Shown here one piece after another: positions 55,118 to 63,980 of a stretch of 64,000 bases of DNA; position 1 is the stretch's first letter; each line of letters opens with the position of its first letter. Location of the stretch: assembly GCA_965215105.1 (NCBI GenBank), contig OZ244051.1, forward strand, positions 4,866,896 through 4,930,895. Direction: 5' to 3'. This DNA is from Vicinamibacterales bacterium (GTDB taxonomy: Bacteria > Acidobacteriota > Vicinamibacteria > Vicinamibacterales > UBA8438). The notes beneath the pieces were generated by a model. That model saw only the letters and a program-made list of their open reading frames with translations, did no database searches and was not told the DNA's origin. A program made the position numbers and the translations under genes.

Positions 55118-55375
55118 ACGTTCCCTTCCCGGCCCTCGACCGCGGGAGGGGCGTCACCGACAGTCGAGGCGACCGGTCCATGAACGATGTCCCTTCCGCC
55201 GCCCCGTTCACGGCGGGCATGGCGGCCGTGACCACCGCCGTCATGCCGCTCCCCGGCCTCGTCGAGGCGTTTGTCCCATGAACGACGTCCTCTCGGTCGC
55301 CCTGTTCACCGCGGGCATGGCGGCCGTAGCCACCGCCGTCATGCTGCCCCCCGGACTCGCGGTCGCGTGGCTGCT
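55112..55375. repeat. tandem duplication of the modA stop / modB start junction (66- and 98-bp units)
   Basis: CCATGAACG occurs at 55112 (overlapping the modA stop), 55178 and 55276 (the real modB start). 55180-55277 is a diverged copy of the first about 85 nt of modB. Confidence 0.88.
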
Positions 55376-55937
55376 CGCCCGCCGCCGCTTCCCGGGACAC
55401 GCGGTGCTCGAGACCCTGGTGTCGCTGCCCCTGGTGCTGCCGCCGGTGGCGACGGGGCTCATCCTCATCACGGTCCTGGGGCGGCGGGGGCTGCTCGGGG
55501 GGCTGCTCGAACGGATGGGCATCGAGGTGATGTTCACGTGGCGGGCAGTGGTGGTGGCGATGGCGGTGATGGGCCTGCCGCTGCTGGTGCGCTCGGCGCG
55601 GGCGGGGTTCGAGCAGGTGGACCGGCGTTACGAGCAGATCGCGGCGACGCTGGGGGCGCGGCCGGCGCGGGTCTTCTTCACGGTGAGCCTGCCCCTGGCC
55701 CGGCGGGGGGTGCTCGCGGGGGCGCTCCTGGGGTTCTCGCGGGCGCTGGGCGAGTTCGGCGCGACGATCATGGTGGCCGGCGCCCTGCCCGGCACGCGGA
55801 CCATCGCCGTGGCCATCTACACCTACACCGAGACCGGTCAGGACGCCGCCGCCGCGGCGATGCTGGCGGTGTCGGCGGCCATCGCCTTCGGCGCCCTGCT
55901 GGCCTCGAACCGGCTGGTCGCGCATCGAGCCGCCTGA
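55278..55937 (+). CDS. modB: molybdate ABC transporter permease ModB
   Basis: 219 aa. EAA-type loop ATLGARPARVFFTVSLPLARRG, RALGEFGAT. Confidence 0.9.
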   Translation: MNDVLSVALFTAGMAAVATAVMLPPGLAVAWLLARRRFPGHAVLETLVSLPLVLPPVATGLILITVLGRRGLLGGLLERMGIEVMFTWRAVVVAMAVMGLPLLVRSARAGFEQVDRRYEQIAATLGARPARVFFTVSLPLARRGVLAGALLGFSRALGEFGATIMVAGALPGTRTIAVAIYTYTETGQDAAAAAMLAVSAAIAFGALLASNRLVAHRAA

Positions 55938-56029
55938 CGCCTGTACCGCGTTGACCGGAACGCCTGACGACATCGCTCATCGAGCCGCCTGACGCCAGTA
56001 CGACCATGATCGGAACGCCTGACGACAAT
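55920..56029. repeat. 55-bp x2 tandem duplication of the modB stop / modC start junction
   Basis: gcgcatcgagccgcctgacgcctgtaccgcgTTGaccggaacgcctgacgac, then gctcatcgagccgcctgacgccagtacgaccATGatcggaacgcctgacgac. Confidence 0.85.
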
Positions 56030-56761
56030 GCCGTCGCGCGCCGGCCGGGCGCGCGGTTCCCGCCCGCCTCGCACGAATCGCGGCCGTCCGGCGAGCCGCC
56101 CGGCGCCGGTGCGGCAGGTCCCATCACCCTCGACTTCGCCCTGGGCCAGGGCGGCTTCGTGCTCGAGATGCGCGAGCGCATCGACGCGCGGGTGGTCGCC
56201 CTGTTCGGCCCGTCGGGGGCGGGCAAGACGACGGTGCTCGAGTCGATCGCGGGGCTGCGCCGGCCGCGGCACGGGGTCATCCGCATCGGGGAGCGCACCC
56301 TCTTCGACGCCGAGGCCGGGGTGGACGTGCCCTGCCACCGGCGGCGCATCGGCTACGTGCCCCAGGACCTCGCCCTCTTCCCCCACATGAACGTGCGCCG
56401 CAACATCCTCTATGGCGCGGGGGCGGGGCCGGGCGGCGGGTTCGAGCACGTCATCGCCCTCCTCGAGCTCGACCCCCTGCTCGACCGCGCCGTCGACGGC
56501 CTGTCCGGCGGCGAGCGCCAGCGCGTGGCCCTCGCCCGCGCCCTCGCCGCGTCGCCCGCCCTCCTGCTCCTCGACGAGCCCCTCGCCGCCCTCGACGCCA
56601 CCCTGCGCTCGCGCATCCTGCCCTACCTGGAGCGCATCCGCGACGAGCTGGCGACACCGATGCTCTACGTGTCCCACGCCGAGGCCGAGGTCCGCGCCCT
56701 CGCCGACTGGGTGGTCGTGCTCGACGCCGGCCGCGTCGTGCGGTCCGGGGCCGGGTTGTGA
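56006..56761 (+). CDS. modC: molybdate ABC transporter ATP-binding protein ModC (no C-terminal TOBE domain)
   Basis: GPSGAGKTT Walker A, LSGGERQRVALARAL signature, LLLLDEPLAALD Walker B. The long N-terminal leader makes the start uncertain. Confidence 0.85.
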   Translation: MIGTPDDNAVARRPGARFPPASHESRPSGEPPGAGAAGPITLDFALGQGGFVLEMRERIDARVVALFGPSGAGKTTVLESIAGLRRPRHGVIRIGERTLFDAEAGVDVPCHRRRIGYVPQDLALFPHMNVRRNILYGAGAGPGGGFEHVIALLELDPLLDRAVDGLSGGERQRVALARALAASPALLLLDEPLAALDATLRSRILPYLERIRDELATPMLYVSHAEAEVRALADWVVVLDAGRVVRSGAGL

Positions 56762-56844
56762 CTTGCCGGGAGCGGCAGGCGCAACCCGGACTCGCGGCAT
56801 GCGCTAGGATCGGCATTGGAGTCCGCTTGTTCCTGAGGTGACAA

Positions 56845-57105
56845 GTGACCATGCCGACTGCAGTCCGGGAACAGGCCATGAACTGGAGAAACCACATCAC
56901 CGTCGATCCCGGAATCTGTCACGGCAGGGCCTGCATTACGGGTACCCGGGTCATGGTGACCACGGTTCTCGACAACCTTGCGTCCGGTCTGGACCCGGAC
57001 GAGATCACCAGAAGCTACCCGTCGCTGACGCGGGAGTCCATCCAGGCTGCGGTCTGCTACGCCGCGGAGCTGGCGAAGGAGCGTGTGATCTCGATATCCG
57101 GATAG
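56845..57105 (+). CDS. DUF433-family protein (antitoxin-like partner)
   Basis: 86 aa. ITVDPGICHGRACITGTRVMVTTVLDNLASG...EITRSYPSLTRESIQAAVCYA. Confidence 0.75.
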   Translation: MTMPTAVREQAMNWRNHITVDPGICHGRACITGTRVMVTTVLDNLASGLDPDEITRSYPSLTRESIQAAVCYAAELAKERVISISG

Positions 57106-57113
57106 GGGTTCGG

Positions 57114-57461
57114 CTGAGATTCAAGCTGGACGAGAATCTGCCGCTCGAACTGGCCGAGCTGTTCCGCCGAAGCGGACATGATGCCCAGACCGTCCTCGAC
57201 GAAGGACTTGCCGGCGCGAGAGACGCTGACATCGCGTCAGTTTGCATTCGCGAACGCCGGGCCGTCGTCACGCTCGACATGGACTTCGCGGACATCCGCA
57301 CGTATCCACCGTCCGAGCACGCAGGAATCGTGGTGTTTCGGCTTGAGAATCAAGCGCGAGATCATGTCCTGGATGTCGGCACGCGGTTCCTGCAGGCGGC
57401 CCTCAGCTCCGGGGCCGGGCCGGCCGGCAGGGCGACCCGGGGGGGTCGCGCTTCTTCGTGA
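57114..57461 (+). CDS. DUF5615-family PIN-like protein; no canonical start codon (CTG at 57114 assumed)
   Basis: (L)[26 protein letters not shown]...[12 protein letters not shown]. It follows the DUF433 gene by 8 nt. No ATG, GTG or TTG is available in frame. Confidence 0.45.
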   Translation: MRFKLDENLPLELAELFRRSGHDAQTVLDEGLAGARDADIASVCIRERRAVVTLDMDFADIRTYPPSEHAGIVVFRLENQARDHVLDVGTRFLQAALSSGAGPAGRATRGGRASS

Positions 57462-57488
57462 GCCTTCAGGACGACCTGCTCGTACGCT

Positions 57489-57659
57489 ACGGGCATCGGC
57501 GACCTGATTCCCACGCGGTTTATGCCGGCCCGCCAGGACGGGCCGATTCACCACCCGGTCATCCGTCACGAGATCACCCGCGCGCAACGGATCGTCGAAG
57601 GCCAGAACCAGGAGATCCGCCGCACCCTCTCGCGGTACAGCGAGATCGTCGAGCAGTAG
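57489..57659 (+). pseudogene. isolated SecA-like fragment (about 55 codons)
   Basis: ..[40 protein letters not shown] resembles the SecA block ..[40 protein letters not shown].. (recalled from E. coli SecA). Confidence 0.35.
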
Positions 57660-57842
57660 CGCCGGCGTCTCATGGACCGCCGGCAGGCGGACCTACGTGG
57701 TGAGGGACAACCCGTTCCGCGACCAGATCGCCCGGCTCCTCACGGGGCCGGGACGCACGAGCGTCGCCATCTTCGTGGCGATGTGGCTCATGCCGCTGAT
57801 GATCACGTGGGGCCTCGTCGACCGCTACCTGCGCAAATATGG

Positions 57843-58421
57843 TCAGGGCCAGAGGTCGGCGAGGTTGAAGCTCACGGCTTCGAACGGGGCGATCCGGACG
57901 GGCTCGTCATCGGCAGCGGTTGCGATCCTCGCCCACTTCCCTGCGGTGAGTTCGAACGCTTCGAGCGTGCGGTCGGCAGGGTCGACGAGCCACAGGTGGC
58001 GTACTCCCTCTCGTGCGTACACTGGGCGCTTGGCTCCGAGGTCGAGCTTGCGGGTCGATGGCGAGAGGATCTCGCAGACCCAGTCCGGCGCGAGCGTGAA
58101 GTACGCGGTTTCCGGATAGCTCGGCATCCGGGCCCGGCGCCAGCCTGCAAGGTCCGGGACGAGGATGTCGTCTCGGAGGTGCAGCTCGGGCTCGAGGATG
58201 ATCCACCAGCCGCCGGGGCCGCCCCGGCCGAACTGGAACGCTGGGCCGAGGTCCATCTCGAGCGCCGAGGCCGCTAGTGCATGCGGCGCGGCCGGCCGTG
58301 GATTGGTGTACAGCGCGCCATCGACGATCTCGGCCACTTGGTGGGGCGGTGCGTTGAGCACGTCCTGGTACGTCGCCCGTGGCCGTGCATCGGGGTCTCG
58401 CCTTGGCGTTGCCGTGGTCAT
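57843..58421 (-). CDS. Uma2-family (DUF820) endonuclease
   Basis: Start at MTTATPRR (residue 12 of ORF 57843..58454). AEIVDGALY, LVPDLAGW, APDWVCEILSPST, YAREGVRHLWLVDP. Confidence 0.8.
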   Translation of the reverse strand: MTTATPRRDPDARPRATYQDVLNAPPHQVAEIVDGALYTNPRPAAPHALAASALEMDLGPAFQFGRGGPGGWWIILEPELHLRDDILVPDLAGWRRARMPSYPETAYFTLAPDWVCEILSPSTRKLDLGAKRPVYAREGVRHLWLVDPADRTLEAFELTAGKWARIATAADDEPVRIAPFEAVSFNLADLWP

Positions 58422-58592
58422 CGCGTCGTGCCTGCCGGTCGGTCCAGTGTACACGCGATGCCTCTTGGATCGTTGATTGCTCAGTCGGCCTTGGGAATTC
58501 CGGCCCTTGGCGGTTTACTTCCATCACCACCGAGCTGCCCTCCAGGGCCGAGCATCAAGAATGGGACGCTACGTCAGTGTGACGCCGCGCCG

Positions 58593-58799
58593 TTACGCCG
58601 GGCGGGTGACGTCGGTGCCGGCACGTCGGTTGAGCCTCGCGTACAGCTTCACGGTCAGCTCGACAGGAGCGAAGCGTATCGCGACTTCGCGGAGGCGGCA
58701 GGCGATGGGGTTGGTGGTTCGCATGACTCGCGCCGTCCGGCGGCCCTGAGCCACGAGGGCTGCCGTCTTGGGGCGCCGCTCGCGTTCGTACGTCTGCAA
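58593..58799 (-). pseudogene. C-terminal fragment of an FAD-dependent monooxygenase
   Basis: ..QTYERERRPKTAALVAQGRRTARV... is typical of UbiH/salicylate-hydroxylase-type C-termini. There is no upstream Rossmann part, and the fragment abuts the TauD stop. Confidence 0.4.
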
Positions 58800-58826
58800 G
58801 GCGTCCGCGACGTTCGCGCCTGCTGC

Positions 58827-59780
58827 TCAGCCGCGGTAGCGGCGCGACCCGCCGTCGCGGTGCCAGAGCCGCAGCATGAGGCGCTTTCGCTCGGGATCGT
58901 CGACGTAGGCGGTGCGCCCGTGGCCGCACCAGCGGTTGTTGACGAACTGCAGCTCGCCCGGCCGGAGCGTGAACTCGCAGCACAGGTCCGGGTCCTGCAC
59001 CACGCGGGTCATCGTCTCGAACGCGGCTCGGGTCGCCTCGTCCATCTCGATCCCCGCCGTCTCGTAGCCGGCCGGGATCGTGAAGTGGGTATAGCGGCAG
59101 CGCAGGTCGGGCCGCAGCTCGAAGACGGGGAAGAACACGGTCTGCGGCTCGTCCGGCCAGAAGTCGCCCTGACGGTCCTGGTGGAAGGGGAGATAGAGCC
59201 GTTCGAGCAGCCGCGGGTGCTTCGCGAGCAGGGCGTTGTGGACCGAGCAGAAGCTCACGAAGCGGCTCGCCCCGCCCTCCCGGGCGGCGCGCAGGCAGAG
59301 CAGGCTCACGTGGTCGGGCGGCGCGTGGTTGAACGAGTTGTCGACGTGCGGGGGCTGCGCGACGCCGGTGCGGTAGCCGCGGACCCCGATCCGCTTCTTG
59401 ACGCCGGTGTCGGTGACCTCCACCAGGATCTCGCCGTCGCGGGTCTGGACCACGGGGCGGCCGACCATCGCCGCGAGCAGCCAGAACACGGCTTCGATCC
59501 GGGGGCGGGCGGCGAGCTTCTCGACGGGGATCCGGTCCACCACCGCCACGCCGGGACCCTCGTCCAGGCGCCGGCGCACCTCGCCCAGCAGGCCGCGGCA
59601 GGCGTCGAGCTCGTAGTCCGCGGGGTCGAGCAGGCAGGTCGGCACGGGGTCGCGCTCGAGCGCGTGCGCGAGGCGCTCGATCTCGTCGAGGCAGCTCGAC
59701 GGCAGCGCGATGCGCCAGTCGCTCTCGCGAATCGTGCTCCGGGTCCAGGCGCGCGGGCCGGTGATCGGCTCGCGGATCAT
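58827..59780 (-). CDS. TauD/TfdA-family Fe(II)/2-oxoglutarate dioxygenase
   Basis: Start at MIREPITG (residue 15 of ORF 58827..59822). PPHVDNSF (HxD), FVNNRWCGHGRTAY (distal His/Arg). Confidence 0.75.
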   Translation of the reverse strand: MIREPITGPRAWTRSTIRESDWRIALPSSCLDEIERLAHALERDPVPTCLLDPADYELDACRGLLGEVRRRLDEGPGVAVVDRIPVEKLAARPRIEAVFWLLAAMVGRPVVQTRDGEILVEVTDTGVKKRIGVRGYRTGVAQPPHVDNSFNHAPPDHVSLLCLRAAREGGASRFVSFCSVHNALLAKHPRLLERLYLPFHQDRQGDFWPDEPQTVFFPVFELRPDLRCRYTHFTIPAGYETAGIEMDEATRAAFETMTRVVQDPDLCCEFTLRPGELQFVNNRWCGHGRTAYVDDPERKRLMLRLWHRDGGSRRYRG

Positions 59781-59834
59781 GGACGGGGCCGGGTCTCGGG
59801 CGGAGCGCGGCGTGGCTCGCATCGAACCGGCCGA

Positions 59835-60596
59835 TCAGCGCGCGCGCGAGTGCTCGAGAAAGAACGAGACGATCCGCTCGCTGGTCCCGCGCGGGTAGAC
59901 GTGGGCGCCGGGATGGATCCAGGTCATGACCGGTGCCGCGGTGCCGGCGCCGTACACCGTGCACCCGGCGCCGCAGCCGGTCGTCGCGTCGACGCCGTTC
60001 ACGTCGATGGCGACGGCTATCGCGGCTTCCTGATCGGAGAAGCGGACCACCCGGTCGCTCTCCCCGGCCACGTGGAAGACGGGCCGGGGCACGGTGGGCC
60101 GCACCGACGGCCGGAGCCGGGCCGCCACCGGGGCGTAGGCGGCGAACACGGCGGGACGCTCCGCCCAGAGGAGGTAGGCGAACATCCCGCCGTTCGAGTA
60201 GCCCGTCGCGTAGATGCGGTCGTCGTCGATGGCGTACGTCTCGCGCAGCGACGCCAGGGCGACGTCGACGAGCGCGAGGTCGCGGTTGCCGCCCCCGGGC
60301 TCCACCCGCCAGCCGGGGAGGCCGCGGCGCGTCGGGAGTCCCTGGAAGTACACGACGATCGCCTCGGGCCAAGCCACGTGGATGTTCGTGTACTGGAAGT
60401 TCTGCGCGTTGTCGCCGAACCCGTGGAACGACAGGATCAGCGGAGACCCTTCCGCCGCGGGTGACGCGGGGGCGTGGACGATGGCTTGGCGCGTCTCGCC
60501 GTCGACCTGCCATCGCATGACCTGCGCGGCGGCGTCGGGGACGCCGGGAATCAGCAACAGGCCGACCAGTACCGCGTGCGTCAGGCGTGTCTTCAT
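59835..60596 (-). CDS. secreted alpha/beta hydrolase, PHB-depolymerase/LpqC-type esterase
   Basis: Signal MKTRLTHAVLVGLLLIPGVPDAAAQ, LILSFHGFGDN, nucleophile elbow ATGYSNGG. Confidence 0.75.
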   Translation of the reverse strand: MKTRLTHAVLVGLLLIPGVPDAAAQVMRWQVDGETRQAIVHAPASPAAEGSPLILSFHGFGDNAQNFQYTNIHVAWPEAIVVYFQGLPTRRGLPGWRVEPGGGNRDLALVDVALASLRETYAIDDDRIYATGYSNGGMFAYLLWAERPAVFAAYAPVAARLRPSVRPTVPRPVFHVAGESDRVVRFSDQEAAIAVAIDVNGVDATTGCGAGCTVYGAGTAAPVMTWIHPGAHVYPRGTSERIVSFFLEHSRAR

Positions 60597-60612
60597 CAGA
60601 TGCCTCCACTGC

Positions 60613-61917
60613 CTACACCCCGATGCCCAGCACGCTGAACAGCAACCAGGACACCAGCCCCCCCACGACGGTCATCGACAGGCCCCACGCCATCAGCTTG
60701 TTGAACAGGTCGCGGGTGTCCACGCTGGGGTGGGCGGCGGCCATGCACAGAGCGCCGAGCGTCGACAGCGGCGAGACGTCGACGAGGTGCCCGCCGACGT
60801 TCATCGCCGAGGCGAGCGCGATGGGCTCCACCGACAGCCGCTGCCCGAGCTCGGCCACGGTGGGGAGGAACGCGGGCAGCACGACCCCCGAGGTGCTGCT
60901 GTAGATCGAGATGAACCCCGTCGACGCGGCCATGATGAACGTGGGGGCGATGGCCGCGGGGCGCTCGATGAGGTCGGTGAAGAGGTCCAACCCGCCGGTC
61001 TGGCCGAGTACCTCGATGAGCACGGTGACCCCGCACACCATCATGATGACCCGCCACGGCATGATCTTTACCGCCTCGAGCTCGTCGCCGGCCTTGAGCA
61101 GGCTCAGCAGCACCGCCCCCGCGAACGCCCCGAGCCCGACGTCGACGTCGAAGAAGATGACGCTCACGATGAGCGCGGCGATGACGGCCAGGGTGACGAG
61201 GTGCGTCCGCGAGAAGGTGACCGTGCCGGCGTCGTCGACGCCGTCGCTCCCGTCGCTCGACGGCACGTCCACCGCCCCCTCGTGGTAGCGGCCGAGGAGC
61301 TTCAGGCCGCCGAAGGCGAAGTAGGCGGTGAACACCACGACGGTGTGCGCCATCATGTTGTTCAGGTAGTTGTAGAGCTCGTACCCGCCCATCCCGAACT
61401 GCTCCATCACGCCGTTCACGATGACGCCGGTCGGCGCGATGGGCGAGAGCGACCCCGCGTTGGCGCCCATGCCCGTCATGATCGCCATCAGGAACGCCGG
61501 CACCCCCACCTGTCCCGCCACCGCCATCGACATGGGGGCGATGATCGCGGTTGCGGCGATGTTGCCGGGCCCGATCGACGCGAGGAGGAACGCGAGCAGG
61601 AAGAACATCATCGGCATGACGCCGACGTTGCCGCGGGCGTAGCTGACGGCGCGGTGGGCGATCCGGTCGAGGGTGCCGTTGAGCTGGGCCATCGAGAACA
61701 GCAGGGTGACGCCGGCCAGGGTCAGGAAGAGCCGGGCGGGGAAGCCCGCCATCACCTCGCGCGCGCTCATCCCGGCGACGTAGACGCCGACGAGCCAGGC
61801 GAGCGAGATGGCCAGGAAGCCGACGTGCAGCCGGATGGTGCAGCTTACGACGATGGCCACCGCGAGGGCGCCGAGGGAGATGGCCGCGACCGGGTCTACC
61901 GAGCTGAACAGGTCCAT
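60613..61917 (-). CDS. anion permease of the ArsB/NhaD superfamily (SLC13/CitMHS-like)
   Basis: 434 aa, highly hydrophobic, with two homologous halves separated by an acidic loop (SSDGSDGVDDAG). Confidence 0.65.
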   Translation of the reverse strand: MDLFSSVDPVAAISLGALAVAIVVSCTIRLHVGFLAISLAWLVGVYVAGMSAREVMAGFPARLFLTLAGVTLLFSMAQLNGTLDRIAHRAVSYARGNVGVMPMMFFLLAFLLASIGPGNIAATAIIAPMSMAVAGQVGVPAFLMAIMTGMGANAGSLSPIAPTGVIVNGVMEQFGMGGYELYNYLNNMMAHTVVVFTAYFAFGGLKLLGRYHEGAVDVPSSDGSDGVDDAGTVTFSRTHLVTLAVIAALIVSVIFFDVDVGLGAFAGAVLLSLLKAGDELEAVKIMPWRVIMMVCGVTVLIEVLGQTGGLDLFTDLIERPAAIAPTFIMAASTGFISIYSSTSGVVLPAFLPTVAELGQRLSVEPIALASAMNVGGHLVDVSPLSTLGALCMAAAHPSVDTRDLFNKLMAWGLSMTVVGGLVSWLLFSVLGIGV

Positions 61918-61999
61918 GGCGGGCGATCATATCGCGGATGCCGGTGCGCCCCGGGGTTGACCCCGGCCCCCGGCCGCGCCATTCTCTGACCGCCGGCCG

Positions 62000-62446
62000 A
62001 TGTTCTTCTACCTCGCCCATCACGGAGACGCCCTCGGGCCCGAGGTCGACCCCCAGCGGCCCCTGTCGTCGCGCGGGCGCGGTCAGGCCGACGCGTTGGC
62101 CGCGCGGGCGGCGGCGCGGGGGGTGCGCCCCGCCGCCATCTGGCACAGCGGCAAGCTGCGGGCCCGCCAGACGGCCGAGGCGTATTGGCGCGCCTGCAAT
62201 CCCCTGGCCGAGTTCACGGCCACCCGGTGGGCGCAGCCTGGCGACCCCCCGCGGCTCGCCGACCTGCTCGAGGCCGAGACGCGCGACGTGATGCTGGTGG
62301 GCCACATGCCGCACGTCGACAGGCTGTTGCGCCGCCTGCTGGGCGGGGACGAGGGCCTGTCGCCGTTCCCCGTGAACGGGCTGGTGGCGGTGGAGCGGGT
62401 GGACGAGGCGTGGGTCGAGCGGTGGCGCCTCGCCGCGCCGGCGTGA
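62000..62446 (+). CDS. sixA: phosphohistidine phosphatase SixA (histidine phosphatase superfamily)
   Basis: 148 aa. FFYLAHHGDA (RHG-like), LSSRGRGQA, VMLVGHMPHV. Confidence 0.75.
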   Translation: MFFYLAHHGDALGPEVDPQRPLSSRGRGQADALAARAAARGVRPAAIWHSGKLRARQTAEAYWRACNPLAEFTATRWAQPGDPPRLADLLEAETRDVMLVGHMPHVDRLLRRLLGGDEGLSPFPVNGLVAVERVDEAWVERWRLAAPA

Positions 62447-62486
62447 GCCGCGCCTTCGACTGCCGGGAGGGGTGCCGGGCAGATCG

Positions 62487-63980
62487 TCAGGCCGGCCGCG
62501 GGCCCTGATGCAGCCGGTCGAGGTGCTCCTGCAGCAGCTCCCACGCCCGGCGGACGTGGCGCTCCTCGGTGCGGATGTGCCCGACGGCGAGCCGCAGGGC
62601 GAAGCGGCCGTCGAGGCGCGTGTGCGACAGGAACACCTCGCCGGTGGCGTTCACGGCGTCGAGCAGGCGGGCGTTCAGGTCGTCGAGGTCGCCGGCCGGC
62701 TCGGCCGGGTTCGCGCGGAAGCACACCACCGAGAACGGGGCGGGGGCGAGGCGCTCGAAGCGGCCGTCGGCATCGACCCACGCCGCGAAGAGCCGGGCGA
62801 GCCGCATGTGCTCGGCGAGGCGGCGGCGGATGCCGTCGGCCCCGAAGTAGCGCAGCACCATCCACAGCTTCAGGGCGCGGAACCGGCGCCCGAGCTGCAC
62901 CCCGGTGTCCATGAGGTTGCGCACCGCCCCCGGCTCGCGGCTCTGCAGGTAGTCGGGGGTCAGGGCGAAGGCCTCCTCCAGCCGGTCCATGCGCCGGCAG
63001 TAGAGGGCGCTCAGGTCGAAGGGGATGAACAGCCACTTGTGGGGGTTGACGACCAGCGAGTCGGCGCGGTCGCATCCCGCCAGGGTCTCCTCGTGACCGG
63101 GCACCATGGCCGCCGCCCCCGCGTAGGCGGCGTCGACGTGCAGCCACAGCCCCTCCCGCTCGCAGACGTCGGCGATGGCCGGCACCGGGTCGACGCTCGT
63201 CACCGCGGTGGTGCCGACGGTCGCCACCACCGCCAGCGGCGTCATGCCGTTCCGCCGGTCCTCCTCGATGGCCGCGGCGAGGGCGTCGGGGCGCATGCGG
63301 AACCGCTCGTCGGTGGCGACGCGCCGCAGCCCGTCGTGTCCCAGCCCCAAGGTCATCACCGCCTTGTCGACCGACGAGTGGGCGTGCTCGGAGCAGTAGA
63401 CGCGCGGCGCGGGGAGGTCGGGGCGGCCGGCGAGGCCGCGCTCGCGCACCTCGGGCACCGCCTGCCGGGCCGCGGCCAGCGCGTGCAGGGTCGAGATGGA
63501 GGCGGTGTCGTAGATGACCCCCTCGAAGTCGTCGGGCAGCCCGAGCAGGCGCCGCAGCCAGCCGAGGGCCACCCCTTCGAGCTCGGTCACCGCCGGCGAG
63601 GTGCGCCACAGCATGCCCTGGGCGTTGAACGCGGCGCTCAGGAAGTCGGCGAGGATGCCGGGGCCGCTGGCGCTGATCGCGAAGTAGGCGAAGAACCCGG
63701 GGTGGTTCCAGTGGGTCAGGCCGGGGACGACGATGCGCTCGACGTCGTCGCGGATGGCGCTCCACGGCTCGCCGGCGTCGGGCGCGGCCGGGGGCAGGGC
63801 GTCGCGGACCTCGCCCGGCTTCACCCGCGACAGCACCGGGTAGCGCTCGGCCTCTTCCAGGTACCGCGCGATCCAGTCGACCAGCTCGTGGCCGGCCCGC
63901 CGGAACGCCGCCGCGTCCATGTCGCCGAGGGGGGGCGGGGACGGGGGAGGCGGTGCACCGTCGGGAGGGTGTTCGGCCAT
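62487..63980 (-). CDS. PLP-dependent aromatic L-amino-acid (group II) decarboxylase
   Basis: 497 aa. THWNHPGFFAYF, TASISTLHAL, AYAGAA, VNPHKWLF (PLP Lys). Confidence 0.85.
   Translation of the reverse strand: MAEHPPDGAPPPPSPPPLGDMDAAAFRRAGHELVDWIARYLEEAERYPVLSRVKPGEVRDALPPAAPDAGEPWSAIRDDVERIVVPGLTHWNHPGFFAYFAISASGPGILADFLSAAFNAQGMLWRTSPAVTELEGVALGWLRRLLGLPDDFEGVIYDTASISTLHALAAARQAVPEVRERGLAGRPDLPAPRVYCSEHAHSSVDKAVMTLGLGHDGLRRVATDERFRMRPDALAAAIEEDRRNGMTPLAVVATVGTTAVTSVDPVPAIADVCEREGLWLHVDAAYAGAAAMVPGHEETLAGCDRADSLVVNPHKWLFIPFDLSALYCRRMDRLEEAFALTPDYLQSREPGAVRNLMDTGVQLGRRFRALKLWMVLRYFGADGIRRRLAEHMRLARLFAAWVDADGRFERLAPAPFSVVCFRANPAEPAGDLDDLNARLLDAVNATGEVFLSHTRLDGRFALRLAVGHIRTEERHVRRAWELLQEHLDRLHQGPRPA

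Noticed and set aside
4591-56029. Whether the many short tandem repeats could be CRISPR arrays.
   Set aside because: The units abut directly with no unique spacers. There are only 2-3 copies each, the copies are diverged, they lie on gene junctions, and no cas genes are present.
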